64,000 nt of DNA from Octopus bimaculoides. Its lineage: Eukaryota. Numbering within the stretch: position 1 is the first letter of the stretch; each line of letters begins with the position of its first letter. The position numbers and the translations under genes are program-made. The DNA lies in NCBI RefSeq assembly GCF_001194135.2, contig NC_068994.1, positions 36,970,498 to 37,034,497 on the forward strand, in the 5' to 3' direction. The notes under the pieces were generated by a model, which saw only the letters and a program-made list of their open reading frames with translations, was not told where the DNA came from and did not search any database. This document shows positions 27,130 to 41,143 of this stretch, in pieces.

Positions 27130-27860
27130 CACCAATTTGCCATCACCATCAAACAATATCTTCCCTTATGGTGATGACACTTTCATTCCCATTTAATCTT
27201 ACCCAGTCATACATCATCTATATGCAACCTATAAGCTACACACAACATCTCTAATTTCAGAAAAAGAGACCCTGAAAGTTTCCTATAGTAACCAAGCTAA
27301 TCTTCTTCCTTTTAACAACCAAAAACTCAAAAACAAAATCACTGATATCAAGAAATTATCAGAACAATTGTCCATTTAAAATTAAGCAACACAGATTAGT
27401 AAATCCACTCTCCCTCCAAATGTTAAGCTTTCAATTACCAAGGGTATCTCCTGATGAAAGCACATCATTGCATAGCATTTCAAAGGCTGGTTCCTCTCTT
27501 CTAAATATTTCACACTATCAACCTGCCTCCTACTAACAACCTACAAACCTCATGTGAGACCTATAATGGAGCATTACTCCTTCATCAGGGACAGTATTGT
27601 TTCTGCACACACAGCCATCCTTGGCTACATCCAGAAAAAGATCATTCAAATGGTTACCATAAAATTCGCTAACAAAATTCAAGCTTTAGCCTACAAGTGT
27701 GTCTCTTGTCTCTAGCTTTTTCACTGTTAATATGTGTTTGTTCCTTGCAACTGGCTGAACTGTCTACCACAACTGCCACTTCTAAATCACTCCTCTCTTT
27801 TTCTCTAATCCATCTATTCTCCAGGCACCATACCAATAACTATGCCTAGTTCTTTCTTAG
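27130..27860 (+). mobile_element. Old CR1/Jockey-like LINE RT C-terminal remnant
   Basis: LLTTYKPHVRPIMEHYSFIRDSIVSAHTAILGYIQKKIIQMV at about 27530-27660 matches the YKxxVRPxLEY..LDRIQ motif; many stops. Confidence 0.65.
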
Positions 27861-28319
27861 AATATCAGCTCTATGAAATTCACTCTATGATTATGTTTCC
27901 CCTGCTGGTGTCAAATTGCAAAAGCTTGCCTCAGGCATTAAAATATCAGTCTCACTGGTCTCCCAGTAGTAGATACATAGCTTTCTAGTAAACCTTATGG
28001 CTCTCTTCACTCTGAGGTCTAATTAATTTACTGTTCAACTTTTGGATGGAAGTTGAAAATATCATACACATATTGGTCAATTTTATCCTTCCTCTCACTT
28101 TTACTTTTTGTCCATCCTGTCTGCCTCTCTATATGGTAAAAATCTGTTAAGATCAGACCTGAAGGTGATCAGGTTGCATAAGGCCTAGAGGTGCTCAGGA
28201 TATGCTGTATGTCATGTGGTGAGTCTGTGACTCAATCAAGTTTATGAAGGCAAGGCATGGTTTGAATATGTAGAGATACACACACATACATATATGCACA
28301 AGTGTGTTTGGAGAGAGAG

Positions 28320-28440
28320 AAAGATACTCATAGTTGCATAAATGCACATATGTGTGTGTATGTGTGCATGTATGTATACACACAGAAACATGCATACATA
28401 CATGCGAACACACACATATCTCTCTCTCTCTCTCTCTCTC

Positions 28441-28525
<85 letters not shown>

Positions 28526-29017
28526 TGTGTGTATATAAGAGATGAAAAGATGAAAGCCAGTATAATAAAGGTTATTGTAGAATAATATAATACAGTCATC
28601 ACAATGTGCTAAACATCTTTTTCATGATGTGAAGTCATATTTTCAAAATTCATTCTCTGAGTGTGAACACAAATTACACTTGTTTGATAACTTTTTTGTT
28701 CAGTCTGACGTTGGTTACTTGAAACTCTCACCAACAGTTTGTGAAGTTTTTGCAGATACAATAAAGCACCACTTTTAATTCTATGTTTAGTACTTAAGTA
28801 CTATTTTCCACTAGGTTTTGCACGTCTGCTTCAAAATACATACATACATATATACTAATATGTGTGTGTGTGTATGCGTGCGTGTGTGTGTGTGTGTGTG
28901 TGTCTATGTATGCATATCATATTATGTATATAATATATTAATATGGTATATATTATATATGCCACATCCCAACATCCATACTTAAATTTGTATAAATAAA
29001 AAATATATAATACATAC

Positions 29018-29059
<42 letters not shown>

Positions 29060-29131
29060 TATATAAACAAATTCTCCTAAATATGTACATATATATATAT
29101 ATAAACAAATTCTCCTATATATGTGCATACA

Positions 29132-29164
<33 letters not shown>

Positions 29165-29837
29165 GTACATATATGGGAGAATTTGTTTTGGGGGTTGAAA
29201 ATGAACCTGAATCTCAAGATGTGTAGTTGTTTTAAAANNNNNNNNNNNNNNNNNNNNNNNNNNNNNNNNNNNNNNNNNNNNNNNNNNNNNNNNNNNNNNN
29301 NNNNNNNNNNNNNNNNNNNNNNNNNNNNNNNNNNNNNNNNNNNNNNNNNNNNNNNNNNNNNNNNNNNNNNNNNNNNNNNNNNNNNNNNNNNNNNNNNNNN
29401 NNNNNNNNNNNNNNNNNNNNNNNNNNNNNNNNNNNNNNNNNNNNNNNNNNNNNNNNNNNNNNNNNNNNNNNNNNNNNNNNNNNNNNNNNNNNNNNNNNNN
29501 NNNNNNNNNNNNNNNNNNNNNNNNNNNNNNNNNNNNNNNNNNNNNNNNNNNNNNNNNNNNNNNNNNNNNNNNNNNNNNNNNNNNNNNNNNNNNNNNNNNN
29601 NNNNNNNNNNNNNNNNNNNNNNNNNNNNNNNNNNNNNNNNNNNNNNNNNNNNNNNNNNNNNNNNNNNNNNNNNNNNNNNNNNNNNNNNNNNNNNNNNNNN
29701 NNNNNNNNNNNNNTATATATGTATATATATATGTATGTATATGTATATATATATATGTATATATATATGTATGTATATGTATATATATATGTGTATATAT
29801 ATATGTATGTATATATATATATATGTAGATATATATG

Positions 29838-29886
<49 letters not shown>

Positions 29887-29923
29887 ATGCATATATGCAT
29901 ACATACACACTTAAAATTTTTAT

Positions 29924-29966
<43 letters not shown>

Positions 29967-30409
29967 CTCATATACATATGTGTGATGGGGAGGTGAAGGT
30001 GCATGTTTGTGTTTCTGAGTATTCATATATTCATAACTAAGTTAGGAGTGACAGTGAATTATTGTTATAAATATTATATGTGATCATATAATGCTCTCAC
30101 ACATGTATAAACATGCCCTCCTTCATATAAATATAATTTTTTGATTGTGTACACACACACACACATACACACACATGCGCTTGCATGCACACACACACAT
30201 GTCTATTACCCCACTCCTGTTTCTTTAAGTTTCACTTCATACCTTAGCTCATATGTTTGTGTGTGTGTATATAAACATAATTCATATTTACATACACATA
30301 CTCACTTAAACATATGCATATATATATTTACATTTATGGAGATATACATACATACATAGACACATGAACACACACATACATATACATACACACACACACA
30401 CACACACAT

Positions 30410-30440
<31 letters not shown>

Positions 30441-30603
30441 CATATACAAGTATACTCGATGTATACAAATACAGAAATATTCCAGCATGGCCTTATGTAT
30501 GTTGGTTAAAACAAACTAAAGAATTAAAGTGCATGCACATATGTCCCATTGTGCCACACACATTTATAGATAAAATCATTCACTCTCTGTCTCTCTTTCT
30601 GAC

Positions 30604-30657
<54 letters not shown>

Positions 30658-31120
30658 TTGTGTGTGTGTGTGTGTGTGTGTATATATAATCAATCAAAAT
30701 ACATATAAATAAATGTGTATATGTATACATATGTATATATTATTTCATCATCATCATCATTATCTAACATTCATGTTCCATGCTGGTATGGGTTGGATTA
30801 TCTGGACTTTCCTATATCTTCTGTTTCCGAAGAAGAGCTTTGCTCAAAAGGTAAAGCAACCACTCTTTCTTTCCTTCTCTTAGCATCTTATTATTACTTT
30901 GCATGTTCCACGTCCTCATGCTGTTTGTTTTCTTGTCTTTTTTTCTGTTGTTTGATTAATTATATACATACACACACAACACACACACACTTAGATACAA
31001 ATATATGTATAGATATATAGATAGACACAAACACACACACAGACACACATCTGTACATATATAAATATGCATCCACATGTATGTATATATGTCAATATAT
31101 ATATGTAAACAAATAAACTT
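28320..31120. repeat. Dense compound microsatellite field (AT, AC, CT, ATAC); similar arrays occur throughout the window
   Basis: Long perfect dinucleotide and tetranucleotide runs. These explain most short ORFs in the ORF track. Confidence 0.95.
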
Positions 31121-31590
31121 TTTTGCGTATATAAACACACTTGTACATAACTGGTTGAAACTATTAAACAATGTGACCAACAAAATTGTGCTGTATGTTT
31201 GCATTCTATTTTTGAAGTTTTGGTTTTGTTGCTTCACAAAGCTATGTTATGTGTACTTTTCTAACTTTGCATTCATATATTTAAATATATCACTTTAATT
31301 GCCTTTGCTTAATATAAAAATAAGTTAAGTTCATAAAATTCTGTGTAAATTCCTATGTACTATTTTCAAAACACCTGCAGAATTTACTTTTTAAATTACT
31401 AGAAATTACTTTGGGAGAAAAAGGAAAAAAGCAATCAGAAAATATCATCACAACAAGATTAAGTTTAATAGAAAATCACAGAAATGTATTTTTGTAATAA
31501 ATATATCACTTAAATATGTAATTATGCAAAAGAATGAAAATAATGATAATAATTAATCAAAGAACAAATGAATCATGGAAAGAAATAACT

Positions 31591-31865
31591 ACTCACTGAT
31601 GCAGGTAAATCCTTGAAAGTTTTCTTGAGATTAGAAGTGTATCCTGCTGTCGAGTTGTATTCAATGCTAGCTGCTGTTGTGTGCTGCTAATATTATATAT
31701 GGCTTGGTCTGTGTTGTGTGAGCATCAGCTAGAAAGAGAGTGGTAGAAGAGGAGTGAAACCAATAGAGAGAGAGAGAGTGTGTGTGTATGTGAGAGAGGG
31801 AGTGTGAGAGAGGTCTGCAGTCCTATCTCATATAAAGTGAATGTAATGTCTGCTGCAGCCAATGA
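31591..31865 (-). promoter_or_regulatory. Candidate promoter and non-coding first exon of the 22857 protocadherin
   Basis: Minus strand TATATAA at 31699-31693; CCAAT boxes at 31760 and 31859; CT/CA-rich island; donor TCA|GTGAGT with exon end at 31597. Lies between the upstream gene's putative 3' end and the acceptors at 22.9 kb. Confidence 0.45.
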
Positions 31866-34711
31866 CAGGCTGGTTTGTGGTTCCCATGGAAGGGAAACGG
31901 AAACCCTGCCTCTACTTCTTGTAGCAGAGAAGTAGATTAACTGAAGGATTGAGTCATTGAGAATTATATCAGTTCTTACACACTTTTCTATATATTCAAC
32001 TCACAGCTATAATTTAGTTTCACAATACATTTTTGAAATACTGTTCATTTTTTTCCATAATTAAATAACACTGACTGTTAATAAACAGCTTTTCAGATAA
32101 ATCAATTTAAATTCAATATCTGTCAAAAAGAAAACTATTTAATAGATTCAACAATAACTTATCCACAGTCTATTTGTCAGTTCTTATGGAATCAGGCATT
32201 TTTCAAGGAAAATTCTGTGGTCATTGAAAGTATCTCATTATAGCTATATATCTTTATTGACATAAATTTCTAAAGTAAAAAAGANNNNNNNNNNNNNNNN
32301 NNNNNNNNNNNNNNNNNNNNNNNNNNNNNNNNNNNNNNNNNNNNNNNNNNNNNNNNNNNNNNNNNNNNAAAAAAAAAAAAAAAAAAAAAAATGAAGACAA
32401 AATAAATAAAGGGACATGAATTATCTATAATATTACCTTTTCAAAGGCTTATAGTTATCTGAATCAAAGTTCAGCATATATGGATTTATGTCCGCAAGTA
32501 AATGATCAATGCAAAAAATAAAAAAATGAAAATAGAAAAGAAATTATTGATTCTGTACTTACATTAAGTTTTTCCTTTTTTATAGCTATTTTTCACACTT
32601 GTTTAGCAGACAATATCTATTTTAATGAAAGATTTTTCTTATCTTTAGAATGGAAAAAGTTTTTACTTCTTTATTGAATTATATTAAAATTTCTCTCTTC
32701 ACTTTTTTCCTCTCTTGTTACTGACACAATAATGAAATCATATTGTCAGTGTCTGTTTAAGCTAATGAAATTTATAGACTAAGTTTAAAGAAAGTAATTA
32801 GTAATGTTGCTATCACACTCTATATTATCGACACAGCCAGTTTAAGCATCTTTAAGAGTATCTATGATTATGATGTAGGTGTGTGCTGGAGATATACTTT
32901 TAATCTTTGTTGTTGTTTTTCTTTTTCTTCATTTCTTTTTCCTTTTTTTTTTTTTTTTCAAAAGGTTGAATCTTTAAATGAGATTATAAAGAATAACTAT
33001 GGATGGATATTGGAAACACCAGTTAAAATTAGCAGCAAAAAAGAAAACAAAAACCTCTTTGAGGTTTACATAGCTTACTTAGTGCCATTATTGATCTTAT
33101 AGAATATCTTTAAATGTATCCCTTATTTTGATTTACTGGACATTGTCCATAGTTTGTTCAGCATCGCTGCCTTCAGTTTGAATGATATCAGCAGAAGAAT
33201 TTTACTAGCAAAGGACTTGGAAAATAATCAACTCTTCCATTCACTATCATGCTAAACTGGTGCCTAATCTTCTGGAAGAAACTTGTATTGAGTCTTGAGA
33301 CAGTATTCAGAGTCTTACAAGCTCCAATAGCAACTCCCCAGCTGCAGCAGTCAGGCAAAGATGGCAGTTGGCATATTCTGAAGTGCACAGCTCATCATGG
33401 GGTTTAGATTTGATTCCATACAGTTGAACTGCTTCCAAGGAATTTACATTTTTTGCCAGATTTTGTTACCATGCTGCTTCTGCATATTCTAAATGTGAAT
33501 GTATCTAGTTTTAATACAGACCAATTGATATATCTTTCTCTTGGCTGACCACTGCTGGACTCAACCAGCAGAGCATTTGATTGGCTTTGTTAATGGCGTA
33601 AATCCTCTTACCATTTGCCTTAGATCTCTTTCAATCAATACTATGAGGTCTTACCCTACATCACTGTCTTCTAGTGTCTTCTAATTGATTGCATTGAATA
33701 CTAAAAGTAACATGGTTATTCTAAATACCAGTGCTTCTGTAAACAATCAGGTAGGAAAATTCAGATATCTGATGCAAAATAGTTTGCACAATTATTAGTG
33801 TTGTAAATTTTCAATGAAATAATGGTTAATTGTCAAACTGGCATGAATGTTTGTCTTTTTTTATTTATCTTAACTATTTTGAAGATTTTCAAGTGAAATT
33901 CTGAAACTGTAAAGCAGATCCAAAATTCATTATCATTCTACTATACTCAAAGTTCAATGAAATAAGAACAGATTATGTACCACTTCAAAAGTCCAGATGC
34001 ATAAAGGTTTGGACAAGAATTCTCTATTAGCTTTTGTGTAGTTGCTAATCCATAAAGCAATAACATTTACATCAGTTGACATCACTTTATTTGCAAATAG
34101 TATGTTTTAAAATTTAATATATCAGAAATGAAAATGTAGTAGCCATTCATATCTGCACTGATCTTTTTACTGATTTAACTTTGTCTTGAGTTACTATCTT
34201 ACTTATTTAAATGTGATGCATATAACAATGAAGAGTGCATTACAAAAAGAAATAAAAAGAGATCTGTACCTTTTACATGTGCTCTTTAACAGCCTTCGAT
34301 TAGATTAGACTTCTCATTCCTTCAAAGAAGAGCTCTGTTTGAAGCATCAGTATTCACTTTACCTTTCAGTATCTCACCTCATTTTATCTAATGAATTTTA
34401 CACCTGTACTCTAATTAAGTTTTTATGATTGTATTAGTTGTGTATTTGTACACTGTTCACTCATAGAGATTGTTTGAAATATACAACTTGCATTATGGTA
34501 AGTTTATGAAAATCTTGAATATGAGGCTTCATTTGGACTATCTGCATCAGTGTTCAATATTGTATCAGGCATACTGATGTTTATAGAATGTTTACGTAAT
34601 ATGCATTCTTGATGACTTATGGATTGTATATATCAATACAGTGCATCAAATTTATTAAAACAGTTAACTCTTTTAAAGGTCTAGATTATGATATTGAATA
34701 AAAAAATTTAA

Positions 34712-34747
34712 CTGTACACAAAAAAAAACCATCTTTGCAATTTTATT
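34712..34747 (-). terminator. Candidate polyadenylation site of the upstream protocadherin (3' UTR about 2.6 kb)
   Basis: Minus strand AATAAA (34747-34742) followed 13 nt later by T9GTGT, a U/GU-rich downstream element. Proximal AATAAA alternatives at 37211, 36684 and 36194. Confidence 0.4.
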
Positions 34748-37075
34748 TAATATTGTAAATATAACATTATATATTACAACTAGTTTTCTCCGTTGTGTTA
34801 TGTCACTTGGATATAGTTTTATGATATAACATTTTTTAAAAAGAAAGTATGTATACTGGCAATAAAAACCTAATTATTCAATAATACTTATCTTAAAGAC
34901 TTCGCTATAGTTATTAACTGTGTCATATTGCAGAATAGAAGAAATATATAAATGAAATAGATTTATCTTTGAAAAAGCTAAGCAGTTCTCAGTGTTTAGG
35001 AAAATCTATTGTAACATCAGACATTTTCTAAAGTATGACCAATAGAGGCTCTTGAGGTGGAAATGAGAAAGAAAACTCTTATAAACCTATAGAAATTTGT
35101 GCTACATACCACAGTAGGATTTCAAATGGAAATCAATGTTATCAATAAAATTGATATTCTTTAATCTTAACAAATGAAATAAAATTTCAAAGAGAGAAAT
35201 CAATACGTAAAAATAATACTTGCTTTTATAGAGTACATTCCCCTCTGCCAGTATGTCTTTTATAGTGAGTTCTATTTTTCTTGTGATCACAGGAACAAAG
35301 AGGAGACCTTTTTTGATGCGTTTTACTATCAAGCAAAGAAATACTATTCGTTCTGTCAAGTTTATGTCATGTCTAGAAACAAGAATCTCATAATATCTTT
35401 TAGCACAATATGAACATACTAATTTCTTGAAAGAATCAATACAGATAACATAAAAAGACATGTATGTTCACAAAGAAACCTATACACTTGGTAATGTGTT
35501 AGCAATATATACATATTAACGACGACAATGATGCTGACAACGACGATGATGCTGATGATGATGATGATGAGGATGACATTGATAATAATGTCAACGATGA
35601 CAATGTTGTTGATTATGACAATGGTAATGACAATGCTGCTGCTGATGATGATTTAGCATTTAAGATTATATTAATGAGTGGTTCTCAAAAATTAGGGTGA
35701 TTTATTTATGAGAATTTTGTGTAAAGATTAAATCTTTGTTTCTCAAATTTTCTAAATATTTCGAACCACTCAAACATAAAAGAAAACAATGAAATAAACA
35801 AATTAAATTAATAATTTGTTAATCATTTTGTTTCTTTATCTATTCCCTAGCTCATTCAAGCTCCATTTTATATTCATGAAACTGTTTAACTACAAGCAAA
35901 ACCCTCTTTCTCTCTGTAAGTAGTCAGCTAAACAAGAGAATGAGGATGTTGCAATTGTTTGTCTTTTGTTTAAAATATTTCTTTAATTTTTGCTCCAAGT
36001 TATATTTCTCTAATATTTGTACAATGCTTTAAAATATTATAAAGGTATTGAAAAGCTGAAAACTATAATAAAACCAAATCTGATAATCTTAAATATTCTT
36101 CTAATAAAATTAGAGAAATTATTGTGATAGAATCTGTTTAAATCTGACAAGAAAAAATAGATAACAATGTTTACGTTTATAGAAAAGTTTTATTGGAATA
36201 GTTTAAGGGCACAAAAAACAAAACAAAACAAACATTTTTCTTATTCTTCACCTCCCCTCCCCCTCCCTCCCTACCTCCTCCCTCCCTCCTCCTCTTCTTC
36301 TTCTTCTTCTTCTTCTTCTTCTTTGTAGTTAGTATTCATGTATGTGTGTGTGATTTTCATTCATTATGCCTCAGTAATATAATTTAATACTTTAATATGA
36401 CGTGATGATTTGATGGAAGGCTAAAGATATTTGGCTTTTGGGGAGATGTTTACTATTACACAAATAACATTCTGCTTAAGGTGGTCATTTGTTGAAGAAA
36501 ACATTAACTCTAATATTGCAAGACATGCTTTCTAAGCTTAATTGAAAGTTTAAAACTAGAATGACTATCAAGATTATTTCTCTTACTAAATTTAATGAAA
36601 GATAAATGTAGAACAGAAACAGTGCAAAAGGTAAGAGAAAATAGGTGGGGTGATACAAAGCCATAGAAATGCAACATATTTATTATTGAACGGGTTCAGT
36701 TTGAACAGATCTGTAACTTCAAATCAAACTTAATTAATTATGAAAGCCTCATTTTGGTTTACAACTGAAATATTTAAATCTCTAAGCTTGGGAAGATCAA
36801 GTAAATGAGGGGAGAAACAAACAAACTGTCAACCAAAATTGTTTAAATGCATATTTTCTATTAAGAGGGTAATTTTAGATAACATCACACATTCTGAACA
36901 CATAAATAATAAATGTCTTTTGGTTTCCTTTCTGTTTTTTTTCATCTCTTAATATGTACCAGCAATAGTGAAATATTAAAGGAACAATTATTTTTAATAC
37001 TGGAGTATATTACAAATATACATAGTTCTGCTTAAATAATGCAACAGTATGTTATATATGTATGTATGTATGTAT

Positions 37076-37128
<53 letters not shown>

Positions 37129-37305
37129 CATACATACTCTCTCTCTCTCTCACACACATACACACACACACATATTATTCAATACAGAGACTGGCAGAAA
37201 ATATTTTTATTTTGACCCTGTAAAAGAATAGTGAAAATAAAAAAAAAAAGACAATAGTTTATGAGTCAATTCAACTTTAGAAGAATTTAGTACCAAATCT
37301 ACATT

Positions 37306-37592
37306 TTATGAGTTTGGTAATATTTTTGGTACTGCAGGGAGTGGCTTAGCATATGATGTGAAACTATTCCTACTTGGTAAATTCCACAACTGTGTAGGTA
37401 TAGTAGAACTGGAAGTGTTCACACGTATTGATTTCAAATCAATCACATCATTGCAATGAGAATTCTGGCCAGCATCGTTTTGGTCAAAGCGACCACCACC
37501 TGTTGTCTTTGATTCTGTTGATTTATTTAGTATCTGTGGTAAAGACATTGAACCTGTAGTGTGGAGTTTTTTTTGTTTGTAAGGCTTGAAAC
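37306..37592 (-). CDS. Terminal cytoplasmic exon of a second, upstream protocadherin gene
   Basis: Strong acceptor tttctttctctttttcttcAG|GT at 37594-37593, phase 1. Open frame FKPYKQKKLHTTGSMSLPQ...DLKSIRVNTSSSTIPTQLWNLPSRNSFTSYAKPLPAVPKILPNS*. I recall WNLPxRNSFTxYAKPLPAVP as the C-terminus of octopus protocadherins (from memory, needs BLAST). Same strand as the ectodomain exon. Confidence 0.75.
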
Positions 37593-38016
37593 CTGAAGAA
37601 AAAGAGAAAGAAAATATAAACTGTATAGAAAGAAATACTCAGGGATTCTTGACAGAGATAGGAAAGGAGGTTAACACACATTATATTGTTTAAATATCAT
37701 GTTATGAAAATGACACAGTAGGTAATATATTTAACAACTGAAGTAATATATCATTTATTTGCTATGGTTAAAAGAAACTAAGAGTTATGTTCCCTAATGG
37801 TCTCTGAAACAAAAACAAATATAAGATATTCTTGAATTATTTCCTTCTTTAGAGCATAGTGAGATCAAAATATTCATGCATGCTTATTAATTTGATTGTT
37901 AAAGTACGGTAAAAATGACATTTCTGCTCTCAAAGTTTAAAATTATATATTAAGAAACTGTGAACTCTGAACTGGTTGAAAAACAGACACAGACACACAC
38001 ACACACACACTGACAT

Positions 38017-38072
<56 letters not shown>

Positions 38073-39983
38073 AAAATACAGACACATATATATTTATATA
38101 GATGGACACATGTGCATGGCTGGGTGGTTAAAGAGTTTCCTATACAACCTCATGGTTCTGTGTTCAAGTCCTATTGTAAGGTATTTTCAGCAAGTGTCCC
38201 TATTTAGCAAGTGCTTGAGGTTGACTAGGTGGAATTTCATGGATGGAAGCTACTGTCTTATGAATGGGAGTACTTAAACAATACCTACGTGAATAGATTT
38301 GAGTTTGTAATTAAAACTGTAATTATTTGATACTATATGACATTTTCATGTGGAAGGATTCCCTGGAAACAATTTTACCTTGTATGTAAACATTAAGGAC
38401 TTCTCTTTTCTCTTGATTCCTAAACTACTGATAAACTATGAAGAGAAATAAAATAAAAACATACATATTCCATGAATTTCATCCAGGTTAATTATTTTCA
38501 TCTTTAACAAAATATTTCCATTCATAAAATGTTTAATTCACAAGTCACTTGTTATATCATGCTGATGATTTCAAAAATGAATGAAAGAGTACTATACATG
38601 ATGCATTATCTAACAGATCGATTCCCTTCCTATTGCTAACCCTTATTTGGTTCCCAAGTATTAAGGAATCTCACAAAAGGGCAAAGTGAGTAGATGATTT
38701 GTTGACAAGTGGACTGACCACAACACCGCATGTCAAAACCTTAACAGATGTCAGTTGTAAAAAGCACAGGCACACACATGCTTACTCATATAAACACACA
38801 CGTACGTACACACACACACACAAAAAAAAACATGCACACATATATTTGTATATATAGATACCAGGGCTAATAAATTTGTTACTTCAAGTTGGTTATCTTA
38901 ACATGTAATGTATTATAACTGGATTCCAAGAGGCTTTTCATGTAATCATGTACATACTTATGTATCTTACTCAAACCTCCATGATATTAATTGCGTCTTT
39001 CTCTCATGTAAAATATATTGGAAGTAGGATGTTTAATAACTATCTTACTCTAACTAATAAACAAATTGTGTATGTTGAATAAGAATGGTAAAAGGCAAGT
39101 TTAAGAAATGATTTACCAGCCACACTACTTCTTTCAAGTGTATCAGTGAGAGAAAAACAACAACTGTTTCTAATTATACTGAGATTAAAAAAGAATAAAA
39201 TTGACAATCGAATAAAGTGGAAAATTTATGAACATAAGATGATGTAAATTATATACTGCAGAAAAGATCACCTAACATAATAGCACCAAAGCCTCATATA
39301 AATATTTAAACACTTTAAACTTTATCCAGTGCCACCACTTTTATAAGGATTTGTTAAAATTTTTGAAAACCAATTGAACAACCTGACTTGTTATACATAA
39401 ATAGCAACAATAGTTATTTTTTTGACCAGTAACCTACATTTCTTACTCATTCTGGTGCAACCACACCCTTCAAGACTCCCACAGTTACATGAAAATATAC
39501 AACTATTGAACTTTCCACACCAACCTAATATAAATGTCTCATACATTTAATGCTAATGCTTACCTCCTCTTTTTGTTTATCAGCTTCTGAATAACTAGTT
39601 ACATTTATTAAATGGTTTTAAATGTCATTAGTATGCAATTGAGAGATTTTTCTATATATTTTGCAATGCTAATTGCACCAAGTAAAGTAATCCAGTAGGT
39701 TAACCATTAATTATTCCCCATTACATTAAATTGCAATTGGTGAGAAAAACAGCATTTATATTAAGGAGTTTTATGTAACACAGACAACGAAGATACTCTT
39801 GGAATCTTAATTCTTCTGTCTTTTATTTTGTAAATGATTGGTGGAACTCAGATAAGCAAACTTAACTATCCTGAAAATTAAAAACTATTAAATAATAAAA
39901 TTTAATATAATTTGTATAAAGTTCTCTCTTTTTGTCTCATGGAGCCCATATTATGATATATCATTATCATCACTACCATCATA

Positions 39984-40619
39984 CAGGGTGGTTCAAAAGT
40001 CACAGAGAGGTCTAAAAGTTTAATAAATTTGTTTTAATTACATTTATTTTATTTGTAATTCATAAAATGGGACTCTTCATTCCTAATGTACATATATTTC
40101 CTATATCATCCATGCTGGTGGCATGTAAAGAACATCTTTTGAACGTTGGGCCTCATGGAGGCAATGTGGCTGAGTTCCTTTCAAGTGTTGGGCCTCACAG
40201 AGGCAATGACCAAAATTGTTGGTATTATGTTATGCTTGAGAAGACCCATCAAGCCAAGCAAAATCACAGTCATGGCAGATACTGGTATCACACAAATTGG
40301 CACCTGTGCCAGTAGCACATAAATGCACCCCAGTGTCATGCAAATGGCATGTAAGAGCACCCATTACACTTTCAGAGTGGTTGGCATTAGGAAGGGCATC
40401 CAGCCATAGAAAATCATGCCAAATCAGACTGGAGTCTCGTGCAGCCTTCCAGCATGCCAGCCCATCAAACCATCCAACCCATGCCAGCATGGACAATGGA
40501 CATTAAATGATGATGATGATGATAATGATATAGATATACTGTATGTGGTGCTAAGTTTCCATGAATTTAAAACAGCATAAATTAATTATTAACACCTTTG
40601 TGACTTTTGGGCCACCCTA
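39984..40619. mobile_element. Mariner-type MITE interrupted by a SINE
   Basis: TA-CAGGGTGGTTCAAAAGTCAC ... GTGACTTTTGGGCCACCCTA-TA; SINE insertion at about 40085-40530. Confidence 0.8.
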
Positions 40620-40847
40620 TAAAAGTATCAATGTCCTCTTTTCCATGCTCACATGAGCTGGGCTGAATTTTGTTGTGGCAAATTTTCGATGGTTGGATGC
40701 CCTTTCTGACACTAAATCTCACCTGTTTCCAACTAAGATAATATTTCCTCATGAGCAAACAAGTTTGCACAGAAAATTGAAAATGAAGGTGATACCGGTT
40801 TCAACTATCACACAATATCAAAGTAACGAAACAGTAACATACAACCA

Positions 40848-40887
<40 letters not shown>

Positions 40888-40938
40888 TACACAAACACAC
40901 ACACGCACACACATGTATACATACACACATGTATACAT

Positions 40939-40987
<49 letters not shown>

Positions 40988-40989
<2 letters not shown>

Positions 40990-41143
40990 ATGGTTATCTT
41001 TAGGTTTCCATCTACTAACTCCACTCAGAAGGTTTTGGTTGGTTTAAGGCTACAATAGACATTTACCCAAGGTGCCATGCAGTGGGACTGAACCGAAAAC
41101 ATTATGGTTGGGAAGCAAAATTTTTACCACACAGCCACATCTG
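40988..41143 (-). mobile_element. Family A SINE head
   Basis: CCCAAGGTGCCATGCAGTGGGACTGAACC..CCACACAGCCAC is the reverse complement of the head. Confidence 0.75.

Noticed and set aside
32389-32411. Poly(A) run as a retrocopy tail
   Set aside because: It abuts an N-gap, so the upstream context is missing; may be a scaffolding artefact.
35102-35461. 119-aa minus-strand ORF with a CxxC
   Set aside because: Low-complexity AT-rich codons, no recognisable domain, and it lies in the putative 3' UTR.
38377-38460. 57-nt minus-strand exon candidate (FISSLGIKRKEKSLMFTYK) near the tail exon
   Set aside because: Phase 0-0 cannot bridge to the phase-1 tail exon, the donor is weak, and it does not resemble a Pcdh middle exon.
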